Below, in pieces: positions 57,864 to 64,000 of a DNA stretch of 64,000 bases. The DNA comes from Candidatus Krumholzibacteriia bacterium (GTDB taxonomy: Bacteria; Krumholzibacteriota; Krumholzibacteriia; JAJRXK01). The translations under genes were made by a program, and so were the position numbers. The notes under the pieces were generated by a model that ran no database searches, had not been told where the DNA came from, and saw only the letters and a program-made list of their open reading frames with translations. The DNA lies in assembly GCA_041484665.1 (NCBI GenBank), contig JBGPIA010000008.1, forward strand, positions 120,701 through 184,700, written 5' to 3'. Each line of letters opens with the position of its first letter. Position 1 is the stretch's first letter.

Positions 57864-58768
57864 CTCGTCTCCTCCTGCGGGAATGCGAAGGCATCAGGAC
57901 GGGCCGGGATCAGAACCACACGACATGCTCGGGCGCGCCCGCGTTGGCGGTATCGGCCTGTCGGCTCCGCGCCGCCTCGAGCCCCTGCAGGGTGCCGACG
58001 CTGAGCGGATCGTCGGGAAACAGCCGCAACATCTGGTCGGCGGCCGCCACGAATGCCGAACCCGCCGCCGCGCGAATGGCCGCTGCGTCGCGGCGCGCTT
58101 GCGCGGGTCGCTCCTGCGTGGGTCGCTCCTGCGCGAGCGCAGCCAGAGCCGCCACGTACGCGGCGCCCGTGCGCTGCACGAGCGCCGCCGCCGCCCGGGC
58201 CTCCTGCTGCTGCGCGACGAGCATGGCGCCGTCGGTCTGTCGCGGTCCCGCGCGCTGCACGGCGCGCCCGGTGGAGCTGGCTCTTGGCGGTCCCGGCCGA
58301 GATGCCCAGCAACCGCGCAATCTCGGTGTGCTCCAACCCCTCGACATCGTGCAGCACGAACACGCAGCGGTAGCCCGCCGGGAGCAGGGTCAGGGCGCGC
58401 TCGAGATCGATCCGTTCGTTCCAGGGTGGCTCGACGGTCCGTGCGTCGGCGCCCTCCTCCCAGGTCGCGAGTGGACGCCGCTCGAGGCGCCGCACCAGGT
58501 CGCGAGCCACGTTGAGCCCGATCCCGGTGAGCCAGGTCGAGAACGCGGACTCCCAGCGGAACTCCACGATGTGCTGGGTCGCACGGATCCATGTTTCCTG
58601 CACCGCATCCTCCGCATCGGGAATCCGCCCTCCCAGCGCCCGCAGCAGGATCTGGTAGAGGCGGGGCGTGTGCAGCTGGTAGAGCTGGCGGAACGCCTGC
58701 TCGCGCGCCTGGCCGCGGAGCTGCCCAACCAGATCGCGGTCGCCAGAGCGAGGGGGCCCGTGCTCCAT
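57818..58768 (-). CDS. ECF RNA polymerase sigma factor with aberrant read-through C-terminus
   Basis: AFRQLY..H, DAEDAVQETW, FSTWL..I..N (region 2); LP.GYR.VFVLHDVEG..H.EIA..LGIS.GTAKSQLHRAR (region 4); no stop after ~58255. Confidence 0.8.
   Translation of the reverse strand: MEHGPPRSGDRDLVGQLRGQAREQAFRQLYQLHTPRLYQILLRALGGRIPDAEDAVQETWIRATQHIVEFRWESAFSTWLTGIGLNVARDLVRRLERRPLATWEEGADARTVEPPWNERIDLERALTLLPAGYRCVFVLHDVEGLEHTEIARLLGISAGTAKSQLHRARRAARGTATDRRRHARRAAAGGPGGGGARAAHGRRVRGGSGCARAGATHAGATRASAPRRSGHSRGGGFGIRGGRRPDVAAVSRRSAQRRHPAGARGGAEPTGRYRQRGRARACRVVLIPARPDAFAFPQEETRCSAEQSTPRSCCWG
57910..58260 (-). pseudogene. C-terminal fragment of a gene (possible anti-sigma partner) out of frame with the sigma gene
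   Basis: Helical, protein-like frame ending EHVVWF-stop just before the PDZ gene RBS; no evident 5' half. Confidence 0.45.
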
Positions 58769-58954
58769 ATCGCCTTCGTGTCGTCGCCAGCCAGCCATTA
58801 AGGTTGCCTGCGATCGAAGCCCGGATTTCGGGACCGCGTTGCCCGGATCGCACTCCCCGGACCGCTTCGCGAGCATCGCATGCCGCCAAGCGCCTTGCGG
58901 CGGCCGGGCCAGTTTGGCCTGGCCGGGTGCGGGCGTCTTGGGGAGAATCGGCCC

Positions 58955-60046
58955 GTGCGCCCATCGTCCTGGCTGTATCTGGAGCCGTACTACGGCGGAA
59001 GCCACCGTGCGCTGGCCGACGCGCTAGCGCGCGACCTCCCCATGGAGTTCGTGCTCTGGACGCTGCCCGCGCGCAAATGGAAGTGGCGCATGCGAGCGGC
59101 GGCCCTGCACTTCGCCGACCGGTTCGCCGCCGAAGAGCCGCAGGTCGAGGGCATCTTCACCTCGTCCATGCTCAACGCCGCCGAGCTGCGCGGGCTGCTG
59201 CCGCCGGCGGCGCGCGCGCTGCCGCTCGTGCTCTACTTCCACGAGAACCAGCTCGTCTACCCGGTGCAGGTCGACGACGAGCGTGACTTCCATTTCGGCT
59301 GGAGCAACGCGCTGAGCGCCGCGAGCGCCGGCCTGGTGCTGTGGAACTCGGCGTTCAACCGCGATTCGTTCCTGGGCGAGCTGGAGCGCCTGATCGCGCT
59401 CATGCCCGATGCCCGGCCCACCGGCCTCGTCCAGCGCATCCGCGAGCGCTCGCAGGTGCTGCCGGTGCCCGTCGCCGTGCGCGAGCTGATGGCCGCCAGC
59501 GCCGCCGTCACGGGCGGGTGCCGCAGCGGCCCGTGCCGCATCCTCTGGAACCATCGCTGGGAGCACGACAAGGGACCCGACGTTTTCTTCGAGGCGCTGC
59601 TGGCGTTGGCCACCGACGGCCTCGATTTCGAGGTGGCCGTGCTCGGGCAGAGCTTTGCCGACCGGCCGGCGGTCTTCGGGCGGGCGCAGGCGGCGCTGGG
59701 GGCGCGCGTGGCGGCCTGGGGCTTCGTGAAGGACCGGGCGGCCTACATCGCGCAGCTGGCCGCCTGCGACGTGGCCGTCTCGACCGCCAGCCACGAGTTC
59801 CAGGGGCTGGCCGTGCTGGAGGCGGCAGCTTGCGGGGCGGTGCCCCTCGTGCCCGACGGCCTGGCCTACCGGGAGATCTGGCCACCTGCGTACCGGTACG
59901 CCAAAGGCGAGCTCCGCCGGGCGCTACGCGAGCGCATCCTGGAGGTGGAGCGCTGGCGGGCGGAGCGCCCTCAGGATCACACCCTGCCCTTCGACCGCGA
60001 CCGGCTCCTGCCGCGCTGGGCGGAGATCTTCGGCCTGGCCATCTGA
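58955..60046 (+). CDS. DUF3524 + GT-B glycosyltransferase (GTDC1/QTMAN-like)
   Basis: [55 protein letters not shown]. Confidence 0.85.
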   Translation: MRPSSWLYLEPYYGGSHRALADALARDLPMEFVLWTLPARKWKWRMRAAALHFADRFAAEEPQVEGIFTSSMLNAAELRGLLPPAARALPLVLYFHENQLVYPVQVDDERDFHFGWSNALSAASAGLVLWNSAFNRDSFLGELERLIALMPDARPTGLVQRIRERSQVLPVPVAVRELMAASAAVTGGCRSGPCRILWNHRWEHDKGPDVFFEALLALATDGLDFEVAVLGQSFADRPAVFGRAQAALGARVAAWGFVKDRAAYIAQLAACDVAVSTASHEFQGLAVLEAAACGAVPLVPDGLAYREIWPPAYRYAKGELRRALRERILEVERWRAERPQDHTLPFDRDRLLPRWAEIFGLAI

Positions 60047-60219
60047 CGCTCGATCGACAATATTTCCGGCGCGTGCGCTCCCGCGCCGTACGCTGGCCGC
60101 GCCGCTCGCCCGCCGCGTTGCCCGCCATCCGCGCCGGCCGCCGCCGGTCGCGGGAGCCGCCCGCGACCTCGCACAATCTCCATCCGGACCGACCCGAACC
60201 ACATCCCAGGAGCGTTCCC

Positions 60220-61251
60220 ATGGCCAGCGTCAAGCGTATCGCGGTCACCGGCGCGGCGGGGCAGATCGGCTACAGCATCCTGCCCCGGATCGCGGCCGGC
60301 GAGATCTTCGGACCCAAGACCCCTGTGATCCTGCAATGTCTCGATCTGCCCGTGGCGATGGACGCGCTCCACGGCGTCCGCATGGAGCTGGAGGACTGCA
60401 ACTTCCCACAGCTGAAGGGCATGGTCTGCACCGACGATCCCAAGCTGGCCTTCGAGGGCGTCGACCTGGCGCTGCTGGTCGGCAGCACGCCGCGCGGACC
60501 CGGCATGCAGCGTAACGACCTGCTGCGCGTCAACGGGCCGATCTTCGTGGAGCAAGGCCAGGCGCTGCAGGAGGTGGCCAGCAAGAAGGTGCGCGTGGTG
60601 GTGGTGGGCAATCCCTGCAACACCAACTGCTGGATCGCCATGAGCAGCGCGCCCAAGCTGCCCAAGAAGAATTTCAGCGCGATGACGCGGCTGGACCACA
60701 ACCGCGCCGCGTCGCAGCTGGCCATGCACGCTGGCGTCGAGTACTCGCAGGTCAAGAACGTCATCATCTGGGGCAACCACTCCAACACGCAGTTCCCCGA
60801 CTGGAACCACGCAGTAATCGCCGGCAAGAAGGCCGGCAAAGTGCTCAACGACGAGCAGTGGCTGCGCGGGACCTTCATCCAGACAGTGCAGGAGCGCGGT
60901 GCCGCCGTGATCAAGGCGCGCGGGAAGTCGTCGGCGCTGTCAGCGGCCAGCTCCGCCATCGACCACGCGCGCCTCCTGATGCAGGGGACGCGTGAAGGCG
61001 AATGGACCAGCATGGTCGTCGTGTCCGACGGCTCCTACGGCGTGCCCAAAGGGCTGATGTGCTCGTTCCCCGTCGAGTGCGAGGAGGGCAACTGGAGGAT
61101 CGTCAAGGGGCTGAAGTTCGACGACTTCTCTCGCGAGAAGTTCCAGAAGTCCATCGACGAGCTGGTCTGGGAGCGCGAGACGGTCAAGCCGCTGCTGCCC
61201 GGCGCGGCGGTGGCGGCGGCGGAGACGGTCGAGACGGGGAGATCGGCGTAG
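60220..61251 (+). CDS. mdh: Malate dehydrogenase (type 2, Thermus-like)
   Basis: [52 protein letters not shown]. Confidence 0.95.
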   Translation: MASVKRIAVTGAAGQIGYSILPRIAAGEIFGPKTPVILQCLDLPVAMDALHGVRMELEDCNFPQLKGMVCTDDPKLAFEGVDLALLVGSTPRGPGMQRNDLLRVNGPIFVEQGQALQEVASKKVRVVVVGNPCNTNCWIAMSSAPKLPKKNFSAMTRLDHNRAASQLAMHAGVEYSQVKNVIIWGNHSNTQFPDWNHAVIAGKKAGKVLNDEQWLRGTFIQTVQERGAAVIKARGKSSALSAASSAIDHARLLMQGTREGEWTSMVVVSDGSYGVPKGLMCSFPVECEEGNWRIVKGLKFDDFSREKFQKSIDELVWERETVKPLLPGAAVAAAETVETGRSA

Positions 61252-61431
61252 GGGCCACGCGGGGCGGCCAGCGAGGGCCGCGCGCGAGCGGAGCACACGC
61301 AGGGTTGGGGTGGCGACCGAACGGCCAGCGCGAGCTACGCCTGCCCGCTGCCCGTCGTTGCCTCGCCAGCCGGCGACCGGCCGGGGGCGGCCCCTCTCGC
61401 CGCGACTGCTTCCGACGCCAACATCAATTCG

Positions 61432-62567
61432 TTGACCGCCCTCAGCGACGCCATCGAGGCGCTGTCGGCGCAGGTCGGCCCCGGCGTCGTACAGATCTTC
61501 GCCACCGGGTACGCGCCGGCGGTCAACGAGCCGGGTTCCGGCACCGCGCTGCTCTCCACGCGCACGAGCACGGGCTCGGGCGTCGTCGTCGATTCCGAGG
61601 GCTACATCGTCACCAATCTCCACGTGGTCGAAGGTGCGCGCCGGCTGCAGGTGGTCCTACCCACGCCGCGTCCCGGCGCGGGTCCGGGCACATCGATCCT
61701 GAAGGCGCGCGGCGCGATGCTGGGTGCCCAGTTGATCGGAACCGACCGCGAGACCGACCTCGCCGTGCTCAAGGTCGCCGGCAAGGAGAACCCGCACCCG
61801 GAGCTGGGTGAATCGGACGACTTGCACCAGGGCGAGCTGGTGCTCGCGCTGGGCAGCCCACTGGGGCTTTCCAATTCGGCATCGTTCGGGGTCGTGAGCA
61901 GCGTAGCCCGCCAGCTCGATCCCGACACGCCCATGATCTACATCCAGACCGATGCCCCCGTGAATCCGGGCAACAGCGGCGGACCGCTCGTGGACACTCA
62001 GGGCCGTGTCACTGGGGCGTGGTGCTGGCCGACGTCGCCCCCGCAGGCCCTGCCGGAAAGGCCGGCGTGAAGATCGGCGACATCGTGCTCAGGCTGGATG
62101 GGAAGGTGATGGAAAACGGACGCCAACTCGACGTGAATGTCTACCGGCATGCGGTGGACGCGACCGGCGACCTGGAGCTGCTGCGCGGCACCCAGCAGCT
62201 GGTCCTGCGCGGGCCCGTGGTGGAGCGGCCCAACGACCCGCGGCGTTTCATGGACATGGTCCGCCCCGAGGACAACCTCATCGAGCGGCTCGGGATCCTG
62301 GCACTGGACCTGGACGCGCAGACGGCGACCCTGCTGCCGCCGCTCCGCTACCAGGCCGGGGTGATGGTTGCGGCGACAGGCGGGGGCTCCCCCTATCCCA
62401 AAGAGCAGTTCTGGCCGGGGGACGTGATCTACTCGCTCAACGGCAAGCGCCTGGCCAGCCTCAAGGACCTGCGCGACGCGGTGGCAAAGCTGCCGTCCGG
62501 GGAGTCCGTGGTCTTCCGCCGGCAGCGTGATGGCCATCTGACCTACGTGGCCTTCGAGCTGGAGTAG
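61432..62567 (+). pseudogene. HtrA/DegP-family serine protease with PDZ domains, disrupted near 62012
   Basis: TNLHVV, TDLAVL, QTDAPVNPGNSGGPL triad; after GRV the frame shifts directly into PDZ 'WGVVLADV.P.GPA'; no signal peptide. Confidence 0.8.
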
Positions 62568-62893
62568 CTGGCGGCGCCGGGCCGGCCTCGTGGGGCTTGG
62601 GACCGGGTGGTGGCGCGCGGCCGGGGAGAGCCGACTGCGAACGGCCGGATCGGGGCGGCCGCCACTGCCAAAGGTCGGGCCGGCTGCGAACGGCCCGCGC
62701 CGTGCCGGCCGGGCGGGCACTCAGCAACGGAGGCGATCGGCCCAGACGGGGGGCTCCGACGGCTCTGGATGAGCGGTCTGAACTCGGGAGCAATCGGCTC
62801 AGACCGCAGGCCCCGGCGGTTTGGGACGCGAGGCGCCGTCGCGAAACCTCTAGCTGCCACTCTGTCAGCCGGCTGCCATTGTACGTTCGGGCC

Positions 62894-62921
62894 TTGTGCG
62901 TTGGCGGCGAACACATACATT
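62894..62921 (+). promoter_or_regulatory. Putative sigma70 promoter of groEL
   Basis: TTGTGC-16 nt-TACATT immediately before CIRCE. Confidence 0.5.
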
Positions 62922-62922
62922 C

Positions 62923-62949
62923 TTGGCGCTCTCAGTGTCCGAGTGCCAA
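62923..62949 (+). promoter_or_regulatory. CIRCE element (HrcA operator)
   Basis: TTGGCGCTC-N9-GAGTGCCAA versus consensus TTAGCACTC-N9-GAGTGCTAA, upstream of groEL. Confidence 0.88.
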
Positions 62950-63040
62950 GGCCCCGCGGGGCCGCGCGGGCCGACTGCGCCCGCGTCCCGCACCGGACCG
63001 CCATTGGATCAGTACTTTTCCACGCACGGAGGTAGTGAAC

Positions 63041-64000
63041 GTGACTGCGAAGCAGGTTAAGTACGCCGAGGGTGCGCGTGCCGAGCTGCTCAAGGGGGTC
63101 CAGCTCCTGACCCGGGCGGTGGCCTCCACCCTGGGGCCGCGCGGGCGTAATGCCGTCCTGGCCAAGAAGTGGGGCGGCCCTACCGTCACCAAGGACGGGG
63201 TCACGGTGGCCAAGGAGATCGAGTTCTCCGATCCCTGGCACAATATGGGCGCCCGTATGGTCAAGGAGGTCGCCTCCAAGACCAGCGATGTGGCCGGCGA
63301 CGGGACCACCACGGCGACCATCCTGGCCGAGGCCATCTTCCGCGAGGGCCTCAAGAACGTGACCGCCGGCGCCAACGCCATCGCCATCAAGCGGGGCGTC
63401 GACTACGCGGTGAAGGTCGTGATCGACGAGCTCAAGAAGATGAGCAAGCCGATCAAGACCAACGACGAGATCGCGCAGGTCGGCACCATCTCCGCCAACA
63501 ACGATCAGACCATCGGCAAGCTGCTGGCCGACGCCATGCAGAAGATCGGCCGCGACGGCACGATCACCATCGAGGACGCCAAGTCGATCGAGACCACGCT
63601 CGAGGTGGTGGAGGGGATGCAGTTCGACCGCGGCTACATCTCGCCCTACTTCGTGACCAATCCCAACACGATGGAGGCCGTGCTCGAAGACGCCTACATC
63701 CTGCTCAGCGAGAAGAAGATCTCGTCGATGAAGGACCTGCTCCCGCTGCTGGAGAAGGTGGCGCAGTCGGGTCGCGCGCTGCTGATCATCGCCGAGGACG
63801 TGGAGGGCGAGGCCCTGGCCACCCTCGTCGTCAACAAGCTGCGCGGCATCCTCAAGACTTGCGCGGTGAAGGCGCCGGGCTTCGGTGACCGCCGCAAGGC
63901 GATGCTCGACGACATCGCGGCGCTGACCGGCGGCCGGGTGATCAGCGAGGCGCTGGGCATCAAGCTCGAGAGCGTCACGCTGAAAGATCTGGGCACCGCC
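63041..64000 (+). CDS. groEL: Chaperonin GroEL (partial, runs off the window)
   Basis: GGAGG RBS, GTG start; [54 protein letters not shown]. Confidence 0.97.
   Translation, partial: MTAKQVKYAEGARAELLKGVQLLTRAVASTLGPRGRNAVLAKKWGGPTVTKDGVTVAKEIEFSDPWHNMGARMVKEVASKTSDVAGDGTTTATILAEAIFREGLKNVTAGANAIAIKRGVDYAVKVVIDELKKMSKPIKTNDEIAQVGTISANNDQTIGKLLADAMQKIGRDGTITIEDAKSIETTLEVVEGMQFDRGYISPYFVTNPNTMEAVLEDAYILLSEKKISSMKDLLPLLEKVAQSGRALLIIAEDVEGEALATLVVNKLRGILKTCAVKAPGFGDRRKAMLDDIAALTGGRVISEALGIKLESVTLKDLGTA

Noticed and set aside
62568..62890. Possible hidden groES or small gene before groEL
   Set aside because: No frame shows GroES motifs (PLxDRV, GGIxLP)

Overview
High-GC bacterial chromosome segment with no rRNA, tRNA, CRISPR array or mobile element that I can recognise. 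Secreted proteins with FlgD-Ig/T9SS-type C-terminal domains and a C-terminal 'SWGxxK' motif suggest an FCB-related candidate phylum such as Eisenbacteria, Krumholzibacteriota or Latescibacterota (inference). Core content: rnd, an FkbM methyltransferase, a complete alternative complex III (actABCDEF) + SCO + caa3-type oxidase operon, an RlmN-like enzyme, a cyclophilin-FKBP fusion, 2-oxoacid:ferredoxin oxidoreductase alpha/beta, mdh, and CIRCE-controlled groEL (partial). The most unusual region is ~16-28.4 kb. It encodes a secreted protein made of 58 consecutive Cys-Thr-initiated units of mostly 6-7 residues (beetle-antifreeze-like Cys spacing) ending in SWGEVK. This gene is transcribed divergently, across a perfect 14-bp palindrome, from two coupled paralogous membrane proteins. 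Each has two GATase1/GldG-like domains, and one has an exosortase-like segment lacking the catalytic Cys. Ig-like, transglutaminase-like and beta-helix surface proteins flank the trio. Three loci look broken (a SnoaL gene, an ECF sigma/downstream gene junction, and htrA), from decay or assembly error. All family calls come from motif recognition by eye; no searches were run.
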